Shown here one piece after another: positions 25,913 through 39,769 of a stretch of 64,000 bases of DNA. The notes beneath the pieces are model-generated. The model ran no database searches and was not told the origin of the DNA. It worked only from the letters and a program-made list of their open reading frames with translations. Position 1 is the first letter of the stretch, and each line of letters opens with the position of its first letter. Location: the NCBI RefSeq assembly GCF_009834535.1, contig NC_045697.1:36830001-36894000 (forward strand), written 5' to 3'. A program made the translations under genes and the position numbers. The DNA comes from Camelus ferus. Its lineage: Eukaryota.

Positions 25913-27094
25913 AAAACAGGACTCTTCATGTTGGTGCCCCAAATCCACTTCTCCTCAAGTCTTCCCTAAAAGCTGCCATCTCTCACAAGCGGCTCAGACC
26001 CCAAACCTAAGAGTTTGCCTTGATTTGTCCCTTTATCTCACTCCTTTTTTTTCAGGCAAATTTTACTTGTCCCTGTTTGGAAAAGAATCCCTTGCTCTTC
26101 GACTCATGTCTCAACATTGGCAATGGTTTAATTAACATATTAAAATATCTGTTCATTCATGTAATCAGCAAATGATTATGGGGAAACCACCGAGCACTCA
26201 ACCACCACATCAGCTTTCTCCAGGACTGTGAAGCCTCCTAACTTGGGAAACTTTCACACAAGCTGTTCAGCCCTGAGGAGTTCACTGAAAGGTGTTTCAG
26301 AGGGTTTGCAAAAACAGCAAATGAAGAAAAGTTTAAGGTTAAAATCAATATCAAATTGCATAAAGTGAAGAGAAAGCCAACCAAAGGGAATTCAGAACCG
26401 TTTGAAGCCAGATCTTTATTGTGATCCTGTGTCCACCCGGGCAGTGTGGGCTGTTGGGGCCTGCCTCTGTGCTGGTCCTCGGGTTGCTTACAGTCTATAT
26501 GGGACAGAATGTGTAGGGAGAACAGATTATCTAAACCAACTCCCAGAAATTAAGTCCAGGTGAGCGCTGCCTGCCCCTTGACCTCTCAGAAGACCTTCCC
26601 TTCTTCCAAAGGTGCCACCTCTGTTCAGATCTGCAGAGAAGCCCCTGTTTGGCCACAAAGGTCATGTCACTAAAAGGAAGCCCAGGGCTTCAGAGACATG
26701 GCTGCTCTTTTTCCAGAAAATGCATAGAGCCGTTTTGTCCCGCATCTCATCCACTGGGCTTAGCTGCTCCCAGAAGTCCACTGGGAATCTTTTTTAAGTG
26801 GCCACCCTAAAAGGAGACACAAATAGGTTTGAGGCCATTAAACAGGCATCCCAGGAAATGATTCAAGGCACAATTCTGCCTTCCAGGCCCAGAGCAATGG
26901 TTTAAGCAGTACCGGGATGGCTCCAGGGAAGACTTCCATATTCACCCTACACCTGAAGCCCCTGGGCAAGGCATCGGGGCGGGGGCACCAAACATCAAGG
27001 GAGGCTCTGGGAACCCTTGTGATCCCACCCCTGGGAGCGAGCTGGGTCTAGGACAGACCTAAACACTCTTCTTCCACACCACAGATATGGAGTC

Positions 27095-27325
27095 CTCAAG
27101 TGACCTTGGGCAAGTCACACAACTCCATGAAACTCATCTTCCAATGAGAAAAATGAGGATAGTAATACCTACTTCAAAGTTCTTGCCAGGATTAAATGAG
27201 CTACTACACGTAAAGCACTTACCATTAAACCTTCTCTAAGTATTATGTATAATTTCATTATTATTATTATTATTACAGCTTTTAGCACAGAGCCCGGCAT
27301 GTAGCACTCAATCAGTATTAACCTT
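27095..27325 (+). mobile_element. MIR SINE
   Basis: gtgaccttgggcaagtcac...aaaatgaggatagtaatacctac...aggattaaatgag. Confidence 0.8.
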
Positions 27326-28299
27326 TACAACTTAGGCCTACTGTACACCTGGAAGTCAGGCGAGCTTGTAAAGCCCTGAGATGCTAGGATTCATCCACAG
27401 GTTTCATACCGTCATTAGACAGAGACAGGGAAAAACAAAGGCTCCTATTTTCAAAAGGAGCAATCAACATTTATTAAGTACCTACTGCTTGCCAGGTACC
27501 AAGCAAGGCGCTGAAGATACGATGGTGAATTAAAGAAAGCTTGCTGCTTTCTTAGTGGTTCTTAGTAATTGCAAGGTCACACACCCCCTCTGAAAACTGA
27601 ACTAATTACATCGATCCTTTAATGGTGAGACGAAGAAGGCGTTTCTTGGCAATGTTTTCCCTTGACCCTGGTTCCTTGGTAAATAGTTGAATCACAACAA
27701 TACCCAGACAGTCACCTGGGAGGGCGCTGTGAACTTCATCTGGCTTGGCCACCACGCCCACCTCCCCGCAGGCGGTCACCTAGCCCCAAGCAAATGCTTT
27801 GATAAAGGTGGGTGTGTGCGAGACCTACAGAGAATCACAATTAGATTTCCACAGGATGAATGGAAAGATAAGAACTATGCACTGTGCTCCTTGTTTGTTT
27901 AAAAAAAGGTGCCCAAGATAGCTGCAGAGACAGGGGACCTCTCCTGGAACTCCTTTTTTGATTATAAAATTCAGTTTTCTTATCGAGCCAATTCCAAAGT
28001 CACCCCTGTGGCCATCATCTCTGGAATTTCACCCCTACCTGCCTATGGCCCTTGCTCTTCATCACTTTTCCAGCTCCCTCTGGCTCAGGGAGATGGCAGC
28101 ACCAGGCTGTGTCAGGGGCAGGAGGGGCATCTCTCCTGGTCCAGGCCCAGGTCATCAGAATTCTAAGCCTGAGACAGTCACCCTTGGCCCTGTGCACTGA
28201 GCCAGCTTGTTTGAGTTGAAGATGGACCACAGGCTGGCCAAGCAGACAAAGCTCTGAACCATCTACCCTGACCCTCCAGGCCCCTCACAACCTAACGCC

Positions 28300-28660
28300 A
28301 CCCAGCCTGTCTCCAAACACTGGCCACCCTCCCCCTGCTTTCATCCCTCCTTGCCTTTGCCTGCAGTGTTCCCACTATCAGAAAAGCCCTGCTCCTTCCT
28401 TCAAACTTCCGTATCTGCTCATCTCTCCAGACCAAACTGGATCCTTGTCTTTTTCTTGAGGCACTCCTTTCAATGTCTGTCCTTCCCTCTCCCCGGGGGC
28501 CCAGGGCACTGTCCCCTAGTAAGGTCCTGCACACAGCGTGTCTCCCCACGGTGTAAGTTCCTGGATGGCTGCAGGAGGGGTTGATTGATTTTTGTAGTTT
28601 CTGGTCCGTGGGAGGCTCTCAATAAACGGAGGATGAATGGCTAACTGACTGAATAAAGAA
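28300..28660 (+). mobile_element. L2 3' end
   Basis: ttgcctttgcctgcagtgttcccact...ggaggctctcaataaacggaggatgaatgg. Confidence 0.6.
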
Positions 28661-28734
28661 ATGACCTCATTCTCAATTTGCTAACTAAAGTGACTCTTCT
28701 ATAGGGTCACAGAAAGACATTAGAGATCATTTTT

Positions 28735-28945
28735 CCCAGCCCAGTTCTACTTCTTACTAGTTGTGTGGCCTTGGGTAAGTTACTTAACCTCTCTGTACCT
28801 CAGCTCCTTCATGTGTAAAATGCACATAACAGAATAATAGATCTGTTTCTAAGGGTGGCCGGTGAGCATAAGACGTTAGCATACATAAGGTACATAAAAC
28901 ATGCCTGGTGTAAAGGAAGTGCTCAGTGAATGCTGGAGTTTATCA
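28735..28945 (+). mobile_element. MIR SINE
   Basis: cttactagttgtgtggccttgggtaagttacttaacctctctgtacctcag. Confidence 0.85.
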
Positions 28946-28949
28946 TTGT

Positions 28950-29350
28950 CAGTGCAGTGACACCCTGAACGCCTGGCCCATTTCCCCACCCCCATACATC
29001 CATCCCCACTGCAGTGAGGTTGGCTGCAAACAGTCCCACCCACACCCTTCCTTTGGAGACTTGTCCTCAGCCTCACGCACACAGACAGTTTCCCTCCGGG
29101 TACCCTGTGCCAAGCTGCCCCTGCGCTGCTCATACTCAATGCCTGGCTGCCAGGGGCTAGAAAGCCCCCACCTCAAGGTGCAGTCCGTGCTCCAGAGCCC
29201 CGTGGGAGCAGACTGAGCTGGAGTCCATCTGGGCATACTCCCCTTCCCCGTCCTGCCTCCTCACCCCCTTCTCCCGAGGGCAACCCCATCACTCCCTCAC
29301 ACCAGAATCTCCATCTCAGTCTCCATTTCTAGGGACTCTGATCTACCCAG
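28950..29350 (+). mobile_element. LTR16-like ERVL solo LTR
   Basis: ctccagagccccgtgggagcagactgag...agaatctccatctcagtctccatttctaggga resembles the recalled LTR16C 3' half. Confidence 0.65.
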
Positions 29351-30329
29351 GCATCGTCACCACTGTTATCATCAGAGAGGAGGGGACACACGCAGAGTGG
29401 TGGCCTGACTGATCCAAGGTTCAGAACAGAACCAGCTGGAGGTCAGGCAGTGACCAGGAGTTAGTTATTTTAGAGGAGTGCAGGTTTCTGAATCTCCGAG
29501 GAACTTTTGGCAAGAAACAACTGAATGAATTAACCAACAATCAGCTAGAAAAATAACAAAAAGCCAGCAGTACCTGAGGCAGGTGCAGAAAGTCACGACC
29601 TTTGGGGCGGCGAGAGAGGACAGAGAAGCCTCTGTTGAGACCAGATATCCTGGGGTGGGAGCCAAGGGAACCAGGCAACAGAAGCCCTTCAGGTCAGCAC
29701 AGCGACTGAGGGTGGCAAAATGGGAGCAAGATCGTGTTCCTACTTGGCTTGGCCTTACTGCAGACCCACCTGTGCAGAGTATCTTTCCCCACAACAATTT
29801 CGATCCCGTGAGCCTGCAAGCACGCGAGCCCACAAGCACACGTCCATGCCCTCCCCGGCCCAGCTGGAAGTCATCTCCCCGTGATGACCCGTGGCAGCTG
29901 TCCAGTTCAACCTATCACACTAGACCATGAGGTCTGTGAGAGCAGAATTCAGGACGTGGCTCTTTGCCCTACCCCCCAGGGGAAGTGCGGTGAGGGGGAA
30001 TAAGGAAAGAAGTCACAGACACTTGCTGTTGGGCAGCTGTGAGGTATAGAGGTCTAATGATAATTCACGCTTTTCCTTGTGAACGAGGACTGGGAGCAGT
30101 TCTTTGTCATCGTGGTCACCCCACAGCTACAACTAAGGAAGCTAAGTTCCTAACTAAGATCCACATCCAAGTCTGAGCTAAAAAAAAAAAAAAAAATACC
30201 AGAGAAAGACAAATAAGCTCCAGATGAGGAGTTTCAAGACATTTGATGTAATTAGATGGATATTTTGATGAGAAAAGGGGCTGGCAAAGCTTTGCAGGGA
30301 CACACTCCAGGTGCAGGCGTTTGGATTTT

Positions 30330-31360
30330 TTAATATGAAAAGATTTTATTTTCTAATTACAAAAGTAACGTATAGCTATAAAAAAATCAAAGAAGACAGA
30401 GTGTATAAAGCAGACAATTTTAGTGCCTAGTTCCCTCCCACCCTCAGCAATACCTACTAAGAGTTTGACTGTTCTTCCAGACATTTTTTTAATAGACATA
30501 TTAGATGGACAGATAGATAAAATACATAGAGATCTCCAACTTTTCGCCTGTTCTTTTTTCTTCCTCCAGGTATTTCTCCAATTAGTACTTCATTCTGTTT
30601 AATATCTGAAAAGTCTATGTAATCTTTCAATAAATATTTATTGTGTACCTACTATGCAGCAGTTAATGTGCTAGATGCTGGAGAGAAAGCAGTTCTGTAT
30701 TAGTGGACTTTTAGTTTCCTTTTTCTTTCTTTCCTATAGCAAGTCAAACTATAATAATATAATAGTAATCTTTTATGTAAAATATAACCTTTTTACATGT
30801 ATCTTCGGGTCCTTGTTCAAGAATTTCTATAGAAAGTTCTATAGGAATTTGATGGATCAAAGCAAAAGCATGTTACAAATTTGAAAGTTATTGCCAAACT
30901 GCTCTCCAAGAAAAGGTCATGACAATTTCTTTTTCTACCAGCAGTGTACGAGATATATATTTACCCACATCTCAGTCAACAATAAACATCATTCTCTTTA
31001 TTCTTTGCCAATCTAGTAGATAAAAAGTTATGTTTTTTAAATGTTCATTTTAAAATGACTTTCATGATTGGCATTTTTCATGTGTTCAATAACCACCTGG
31101 ATTTCTAATTTAGTGAACTGATTGTTACATAACTTTCTACCTTAAAAAAAAATTAGCTTCTCATTGATTTGTTGGAAGTCTATATATTGTAATGGATCTT
31201 AAATCCTTTGTCATGTATGTTGCAAGTATTTTCCCCAATTTGATTATTTTGCAACTTTCTTTATGGGTAGACGTTCTTGAAGAGAAATATAAATTTTTAT
31301 ACTGTCAAATTTGATCTATCTTGTCTTTTATGGTTTTTAATTTGATATGCTGGAAAGACT
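30330..31360 (-). mobile_element. Old L1 (L1ME-like) fragments
   Basis: ttattgccaaactgctctccaag...ctaccagcagtgtacgag...ctttgccaatctagtag...gtatgttgcaagtattttcccc. Confidence 0.65.
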
Positions 31361-32316
31361 TCTTATTCATAGCTCAACAGGTCAGTCAATAGTTTTGATT
31401 TGCAGGCATTGATTCTAGACTATGTGAAGCTTTATACTGCATTTTGGGGGGTATATAAATACTTCTGCAAGGCAAGTTATTTTTAAACTCCTATAACTAC
31501 AATTTACTACTGGACTAAATAATTTCTTTTAATTATAGAAACAAGAATGCAAAGAACTACATTAAATTTTAAAAATATCTAATAAATTGTTTTTAAATAT
31601 GCATTTTTCCAATTACAAAAGAGACACATATTTATTATAATTGGAGGGAGGGATTCCATAACAGCACAGGGAACAAACGCTTCCCACAAAATTACATTTC
31701 CCCAAATAACCACAGTTTATATTTCACTATTTTTCTTTCTGTCTTTTTTTCTAGTCTTGTGCACTCATAAAAAATTTTTTTAACAAAACTAGGTTCATAG
31801 TCTGCTAGAACAAGTTTTTTTTGTTTGTTTGTTTTCATGTAATACCAGATTGTGAATTTGGGGGAGGGCTGAATAGCTATTGAGTACTCCATTACAAAGC
31901 CTGTAATTGATTAGTTAGTCAGTGTCTGTTTCCTAAGGAACAATCTTCCCCCCCAAAATCTCTTTATCCCTTGATCTTTTATCATCTTGTCCTTTTTTTT
32001 TTTTTTTTTTCTCCCTGTAGCTCCTCCTGTAGGTAATCGTGGAGCTGTGTTATCTTGGGAAAGTCCATTCCCCTTTCCCCATTTCTCCAGGCCTTCCTTG
32101 AGGACCGTTTTATCGACACTTCTGGGTGCTGTTTCAATGGAATGCGGAGACAAGTGTTTACTGTGTGCTCCTCGAAGCTGTGTGTAAATCCAGCTCTGTC
32201 CTGTTTGCTTCTGGACATCATCTCGTCACATTTCAGAGACTTGTCTGTTTCTGATGGATCTCTAGCTTCTCAGGAGTGCCTCCCACTATGTTGGGTCTGG
32301 ATTTCTGTCACATTCA

Positions 32317-32431
32317 CAGCCGCCCTCTAGTTTCTGGCAAATCTCACATTACTCACTGAGCCAGAACAGCCAGATCAGCGGAACTGCGTCTGGTGGTCAG
32401 CCGAACCACAGATGCTGCAGCTAGAGGGCGC
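32317..32431. promoter_or_regulatory. Candidate divergent pair of CTCF-like motifs
   Basis: cgccctctag (32321-32330) and its exact reverse complement ctagagggcg (32421-32430); cagctagagggcgc fits CCRSYAGRKGGCRS at 13/14. Confidence 0.45.
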
Positions 32432-32589
32432 TCACGGCCTCTCAATCCTGAGGAGTTAGGCGATTGGAAAGATGTTTTCCATTAGTGCCCAAACTTACAG
32501 TCTTGGGGGAAGGGAGAGCAATATACTTGGTCATAAAATAACTGATAAGAACTTGCAACATATTCACTTTCCAAATAAAACTAACATAT

Positions 32590-32790
32590 GATAAGAACAG
32601 CATGTCAGATGCTGTTCTAAGCCCTCACCTCTTCCCCCAACACTCCTAAGAGACAGGTACAGACCAATCAAACCCTCCCTCTCCAGAAGAGGCAGTAAGA
32701 GATTTAGTAATTTTCCCAAGGTCACGGGGGTAGAGGTGGAAGTCAAATGCAGGCAGCTAGCTCCAAAGCCCACACTTAATCACCATGAAC
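32590..32790 (-). mobile_element. MIR SINE
   Basis: agtaattttcccaaggtcacgg...tcaaatgcaggcagctagctccaaagcccacacttaatcac. Confidence 0.7.
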
Positions 32791-33020
32791 TGGCTCCAAA
32801 ACCTTTTTTTTAAAAAGACATTTGAGGATGGACATCAAATTAACATTGCTTATCCCTGGGGAGCAAGAAATATTAGGAAACTACATTATTTACTTTCTAC
32901 ACAAAGCTCTGCACTTGTTGAAAATTATTTCCCATACATAAACTGTTATGGTTACCTATAAAATTCAATGACTTTTATAAGAATAATATAAGAGAGAATA
33001 AGAAATTGCTCAACTGTAGT

Positions 33021-34914
33021 CAAGGGCCAATTCAGATTACACAGGTCTTAAAGTTTATACATGAAGAGGGGGGTGTTTCTTTAAGAAAAAAACTCAACAC
33101 CTGCACCCCAATGTTCATAGCAGCACTATTTGCAATAGCCAAAACATGGAAACAGCCTAAATGTCCATCAACAGGTGACCGGATAAAGAAGATGTGGTAT
33201 ATTTATACAATGGAATACTACTCAGCCATAAAAATCGACAACATAATGCCATTTGCAGCAACATGGATGCTCCTGGAGAATGTCATTCTAAGTGAAGTAA
33301 GCCAGAAAGAGAAAGAAAAATACCATATGAGATCGCTCATATGTGGAATCTAAAAAACAAAAACAAAAACAAACAAACAAACAAACAAACAAAAACAAAG
33401 CGTAAATACAGGGCAGAAATAGACTCACAGACAGAGAATACAGACTTGTGGTTACCAGGGGGGTGGAGGGTGGGAAGGGATAGACTGGGATTTCAAAATT
33501 GTAGAATAGATAAACAAGATTATACTGTATAGCACAGGGAAGTATACACAAAATGTTATGATAACTCACAGAGAAAAAAATGTGACAATGAGTGTGTATA
33601 TGTCCATGAATGACTGAAAAATTGTGCTGAACACTGGAATTTGACACAACATTGTAAAATGATTATAAATCAATAAAAAATGTTAAAAAAAAAAGAAAAA
33701 AACTCAAATCAGGAATACAAAATTATGTATGAAAGTAAAATAAATTTTGATTGAAAAAAGAAATCACAACAAATTACAAATTTTTAGAAGATGACAAATA
33801 AGGCAAACATAAAAAAGTGAAAAATTATGTAGTATATACCTCTAGTATACTTTTCCTATTTTGTTGTATATTCTTTGTGTGATCATCTCTGCAAATGGCA
33901 ATAATTCTGTACTATCATTGTCACGAAGAGAAGAGAAAACAATTCAAATGCACTTTGAAATGCCATTATATTGGACTGAGCTACATAACTGTTTAATCAA
34001 ATTAGCTTTAAACCATATGCAATAACTTATAGATGAATATGCATGGGAGTTTTGTCACAGGAACACTTAGGTTGCTCTGCTATGATTTTGAAGATTTTGA
34101 ATGTCTTTTTTTTTTTTTTTCTAGAATTGCCAGACTTCAACAGGACAAGGTGTCTCAGATATGCTAAGACTGGTCCAATGGGAATCAGTTGGGGTCCCAG
34201 TCAGTTTTTATGCTAGGAGGCATAAAAATGCCCCTTCACAGTTTATAGTATTGCTACAGTTTTGTGCCCTAGGAAGTCTGGTCAGTTCTATCTTGCACTG
34301 ATCCTCATTTTAAAAGCATAGTAGTATGGTGTGTTATAATTGTATCCACTGCCCTACTGAGTATTTTCCTGAAGGTAATTTCTGTCTTGAGTAGACATCA
34401 ATGAGAACCAAATATTCCAAGTATAATTTTGTACATCTGAGGATTCAAAGAACATCCCTCACACTAGCTTCTATTTCTGCACTTCTTGACTCTCTTCTCT
34501 TCCAGTGTCAGGTGCAGTGGGATACACTGATATTGTAATAGGACCTGTGATGCCAGATGGGTTTGTACCAAGGACATCAGGCATATTCCTGGAAGCCGTT
34601 TCGACCCGAGAGAAGCTAACGTGGAAGTAAGTGTGAACCACGTGAATAGATCCCTTGAACCCCAAATAAGTCTCCAACCCAGCTTCTCCTTAGCTGGAGT
34701 CCCCACCATGCTCAGGGCCTCTCCATTGACACGCAACTCCTCAAGGGAAAACTGATGGAGGGGGAAGAAGACAATATCCTTAGCCCACTGCAGTTAAAAT
34801 AGCTTACATTTGCGATTTTATCAAAAGCATATGACCACGTGAAACCACGCAAGGACCGCATTATTAGAAGTTTTAAAGCCTAAGCCTCTTTCATTTCACA
34901 GTAAATCTGCCCTG
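33021..34914 (-). mobile_element. Arthur1 (MER69B-like) hAT-Tip100 DNA transposon, both ends present, interrupted by L1
   Basis: Termini caagggccaattcag...ctttaagaaaaa and ...ttcacagtaaatctgccctg match recalled Arthur1 ends; 8-bp TSD actgtagt (33013-33020) / actgtggt (34915-34922). Confidence 0.8.
33098..33692 (+). mobile_element. 5'-truncated young L1 inserted in Arthur1
   Basis: Open ORF2 C-terminus ([11 protein letters not shown]...EVSQKEKEKYHMRSLICGI*), 3'UTR, poly(A); perfect 15-bp TSD aagaaaaaaactcaa at 33083-33097 and 33693-33707. Confidence 0.97.
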
Positions 34915-36728
34915 ACTGTGGTGAAGATGGTCATTGCAACCTGACCTGAGATCGTGGATAAATCAGTGTGGACCAGAGTTGTCAAAAAAAATCTCATGTT
35001 GGAAAAAGGCCCTGAGCTAGACCTTGGACCTTTGGTAGGATTCACGAGACAGAATCTAGAGTAGGAAGAGCCGAAGCCACAAATTTCTGCAGTCTGCCCA
35101 AAGTTGACACACATATATATGGATGTGCTCTCCTGCCAATGAAAACATTTTTTCATAACTGGCTGAGAGTTACCTCCTAAGAGCCAATGGCAATACATTT
35201 CCACATCACTAAAGAATGAGACTTGAATTTTCTTCCCAGCCCCCTCTCTCCATCCCAACCAGTAAATAATCTCTCCCAAGATGGGATCAACCAAAGCTTC
35301 AGCATTTGGCCCACATGTGTCCATCATCCGCCTTGCTCCAATACAGGGACCGAAGAATGCTGGGTTTACACTCCAGACAGAGGGGAGGGGAGGAAAGAGG
35401 ACCTGGCCGGAGACAGTTTTTTGGGAGGACTTAGGAAGCAAAGCCTGCTGAATGCCTGTTCAGTCAGTGTGAGGAAAGCAGGCCCAGACCCAACTCTCAT
35501 TTCCCTTTCTTTCCAATATTTTCTGTGCCATTATCTTGCTGGAGCAACAGGCAACATTTCCTGCCAGCGGCAGCATCCAGCCAGCCACTTGGAAGCCTGG
35601 GAGTTGATCTTGGCCCTGGTCTTCTGCCTGTGTCTTTAACATGCTGGGTTTAATCCTCAGTCTTGCTCCTACTGGTCCCAAATTCCACTCTGAAATATCA
35701 GAGAAAAGCTCCCAGGGTCCCTTGAGTATGAAGAGTCTTCATACTTTCAGGAGCTCTGGACTCAGACAACAACACCCACAACCATCTGCAGTGAGGTCTG
35801 CCCAGTGCAGCACCAAGACACACACATCATTTAGTCCACAAACACCTGTTCAGCACCCGCTGTGTGCCTGGTTCTCTCTTAGGAGTTAGAGTAACAGAGT
35901 AGCCGAGGGTTTCCAAATGCCCCTGTCCTTCCAGATCATAAATGCGATTATCCTCTTTTGGTTTCCCACGAGCTGAGGTCTAGTCAATTTGCAGTTTATC
36001 CTTTACCCAAATACCACATCACTCTAGAATTCAGCTGGGTTCGTTCCTGGGTCATCCCACTGCTGTAGCACTGGTGATGCTTTACTTGTACGAAAGCAGC
36101 CACACCGCTGATCCGCTGCCTCAGGGTAGGGCCTGGGGGAGCCTCTGAACATGGGCACATAGAAAGAGAGAAGGTTAAGGAACAATGATCAAGTGCCAGG
36201 TTAAACTCATTTCAGGGTATGGTTTCAGGTATGAATCTAAAGTGCTTTTTATCTAATTTTAGTCTTTGTATACAAAATCATTTATTGAATAATTCTCCCT
36301 TTCCCTTTGTGATGCTCACATAATCTTTTATTCAATTATCATATATTTTTAGATCCATGGCCAGCTCTCTAGCCAGTTTCACTGACCTGCATCTTCACCG
36401 TGCTAAAAATCACACTGCTTGAACATGCACGGCTAGGTCCTTATCTCCAAAATCCCACCTCCTTCCCCTCGACCCCTTTTCACCTCCTCGGCCCCTTTTT
36501 CCATGAGGAGATAAGAAAAAAAGACACAATCTCTATCTTTCCTTGAGGAGTTTGCATGCTATGTAGGAAAATAATTCTTATGCCCTTGGAATAGGGTAAT
36601 ATGCACAGCCAGTGCTCAAGATGGCTCATTGACATAATAAGTTCAAATACGATGGAAAGGTATCACCAACTAGCCTGTCTATTAACTACTCACTGCTCTA
36701 TAAAAATGGTTCCAATTACCCACCCCTA

Positions 36729-36751
36729 ACACACACACACACATACACACA
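36729..36751. repeat. (CA)n microsatellite, interrupted
   Basis: acacacacacacacatacacaca. Confidence 0.85.
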
Positions 36752-38477
36752 TATGAATCTCCATTATTGCTTAATCTTGCTCTTGTTTTTCAGATTGACT
36801 TGATTCAAATTGTGTAAAGTAAAACTCACTGGAGTGACCTCACCCAAGCTACTTAGAAATGAAGAGCCAGTCATTTGAATCATTGTTTTCGTTTTATTTT
36901 GGAGGGAAAAAAATAAGGTGGGGCAGGAATATCGCCACAGAAACAGTTTGCAGAAATTTGCAGCCATGGAGTGGGAAACAATTGGAATTTAGGGACTATT
37001 CTCCCATTGGCACTTGGTTGGTTCAGAAGCACAAGAGTGCATTCTGTATTATCAGGTCACTTATGTGCTTACTATATTTGGCATTTCCAGAGATATAAAG
37101 GTTTGATTTAAGAAGACAAGATTTCTGACTTCTCTCATTCTTATGCGAGTCAGGAGGTAAGTTAGGCATGAAAAAAATAGTTTTTTTTCCAATCAAATTT
37201 TTCAGATTTTAAAAACTCTAAAATTAAGATGTTTCCCCATGACCCAAGGTTAATTCTGGGCCTCTAGAATTTTTAGCAAGAGTACTTAGCTCTTATCGGT
37301 TGTGATATAAACTGACCTGTCTCCGGATCTAGCCCATTCACACCACCCTTCAGGGTGGAGCCTGCCTGGACTCCGGAGGAGCTGCGTGCAGGGAGAGGGT
37401 AGCTGAGGTGTCTCCGGAGTTCTCAAAGTCCTGGATAACTCCTCAAGCTGAGGTGTGCGATGGGTACCAATGGTACCTGCCCTCCACCAGGGTGTCTTGA
37501 ACATGAAGATGCATCAGAATCATCTACCGAGTCAGGCTACTGCATGGAGGGGAGCCCACACAGGCAAACTTCCAATAGAGAGACCAGTGCCCCCAGTCTA
37601 AGGAGCCCCGGCTAGACTAGAGGCTCCAGCAAGATCAGAGGTGATCTTTATTCAGTCTGTGCCTGGAGCATGGCACAGTGCCACATATATAGTAAGCACT
37701 TAATACATATTTACCAAATTGATCATAATTAGTACTAAGTTCCACTTGGATTAAAAATCATTAATACTTTTTAATAGAAACAAAATCATTGAAATAGCTT
37801 CCAAATGCTGTCAAACCAAGAAAAGGATATTCTTAACTTGATTTCAAAGAAAATACTTTAAAAGTTATCACAATTATCATTGCTACAAATTTAGTTGGTG
37901 TCAGGAATCACTAAAAATAAGATTCTTCCATGATGGCTAAAGTGAAAACACATCACTGTTTCACAAAAGGCAGAGGCAGCAGGGAAAAAAAAATCAGACA
38001 ATAAAGAGTCAGTTTTTATGATACAGAATCCTTAAAAGTAAAATCCGTCTTGAGATTTAAGCACCTGCAGTTCTTCCTTGTCTTGTTATCTTCCTCCCAC
38101 ACCCCCCTACCCCTGCCTCTTTCTCTTTTTTGGCTTCTGTTCTTTCTACCTGTTTCTCTCTGGCACCCTCTGTAGCTGACACTCTCTTTCATCTTCTTGG
38201 GAGCCATTAATAAATGATTTGAATGCTCTGAGTGGGTGGTAAGGACTGAGGCTTAGACTGTTGAAAGAGCAGATAGAACAAATCCAGGGCAACTTCTGAA
38301 GGGTCTAGAACTTGAGGATGAGTAGGCTTTAGCTTTGCACAGAGTAGCTGAGAAAACATCTTCAGACAGCAATTTGTAAACATTTAAGTGCCCTTAGGAA
38401 GCTTGCTGTTTAAATAGGAATTCTCTACTAGATTCAGTCCAGTTCAACAAAGATTCATGGGCATAGCCATGATGTGA

Positions 38478-38660
38478 GGACAGAATCTGCAGGCAGACTA
38501 CCTGGTTTCAAATATCAGCTCCAAAAGTTCCTGCCGGTGTGACCTTGGGCAACTTTCCCCTCTTCCACACCTCAGTTTTCTCATCTGGAAAATGGGGACA
38601 ACAATAGAGTTGATGTGAAATTTAAACCAGGGTCTGGTGACCTATAAATGTTTTTGTATC
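38478..38660 (+). mobile_element. MIR SINE
   Basis: gtgtgaccttgggcaac...cctcagttttctcatctggaaaatggggacaacaatag. Confidence 0.85.
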
Positions 38661-38676
38661 ACTGCTCTTCTTTTCA

Positions 38677-39617
38677 AGTAAATGAGCAGAAGACCTAAAT
38701 AGACATTTCCCCAAAGAAGACATACAGGTGGCCAATAGGCACATGAAAAGATGTGCAGCATCTCTAATTATCAGAGAAATGCAAATCAAAACTACAATGA
38801 GGCACCACCTCACATCAGTCAGAATGACTATCATTCAAAAGTCTACAAATAACAAATGATGGAGAGGGTGTGGAGAAAAAGGAACCCTCCTACACTGTTG
38901 GCAAAAATGTAAATTGGTGCAGCCACTATGGAAAACAGTATGAAGTTTCCTTAAAAAGCTAAAAATAGAGTTGTCATATGACCAGCAATCCCACTCCTGG
39001 GCATATATCCAGAGAAAACTAATTGAAAAAGATACATGCACCCAAATGTTCATAGCAGCACTATTTACAACAGCGAAGACATAGAAATAACCTAAATGTC
39101 CATCGACAGATGACTGGATAAAGAAGTTGTGGTATATTTATACAATGGAATACTACTCTGCCATAAAAAAGAATAAAATAATACCATTTGCAGCAACATG
39201 GATAGACCTAGAGATTATCATACGAAGTGAAGTAAGTCAGATAGATAAAAACAAATACCATATGATATCACTTATATGTGGAATCTAAAAAAATGACAAA
39301 AATGGACTTATTAACAGAAACAGAAACAGACTTGTAGACATTGAAAACAAACTTATGATTACTAAAGGGGAAAGGGGATAGGGGAGGGATAAATTAAGTT
39401 TGGGATTAGCAGATACAAACTACTGTATACAAAATAGATAAACAGCAAGGTCCTCCTGTATAGACCAGGGAACTATACAATATCCTGTGATAAGCCATAA
39501 TAGAAAAGAATATGTATATATATGTATAACTGAATCACTCTGCTGTACACCAGAATCCAACACAATGTTGTAAATCAACTATACTTCAATTTAAAAAATA
39601 ATAATAAAATTTAAAAG
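38677..39617 (+). mobile_element. 5'-truncated L1 (cetartiodactyl type), decayed ORF2 end + 3'UTR
   Basis: aatcaaaactacaatgaggcaccacctcac...catagcagcactatttaca...gaatcactctgctgtacaccagaa, A-rich tail; possible TSD agtaaatg at 38677-38684 and 39618-39625. Confidence 0.95.
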
Positions 39618-39769
39618 AGTAAATGGAAACAAGAGCTTATAATTTAGTTGGGGTCAGTGGGCAGTACAATATAAACAACTCATACTAATTTTTCTTTCCT
39701 ATAAATCTGATTAATTTTTTTTTTTAAGCAGGACATAGCTTACATATAGGCATGTAATGGAAGAAAGGC

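Noticed and set aside
33006..33353. Chimeric 115-aa ORF as a novel fusion protein
   Set aside because: Chance read-through from a non-ATG start across the Arthur1 end into the L1 ORF2 tail
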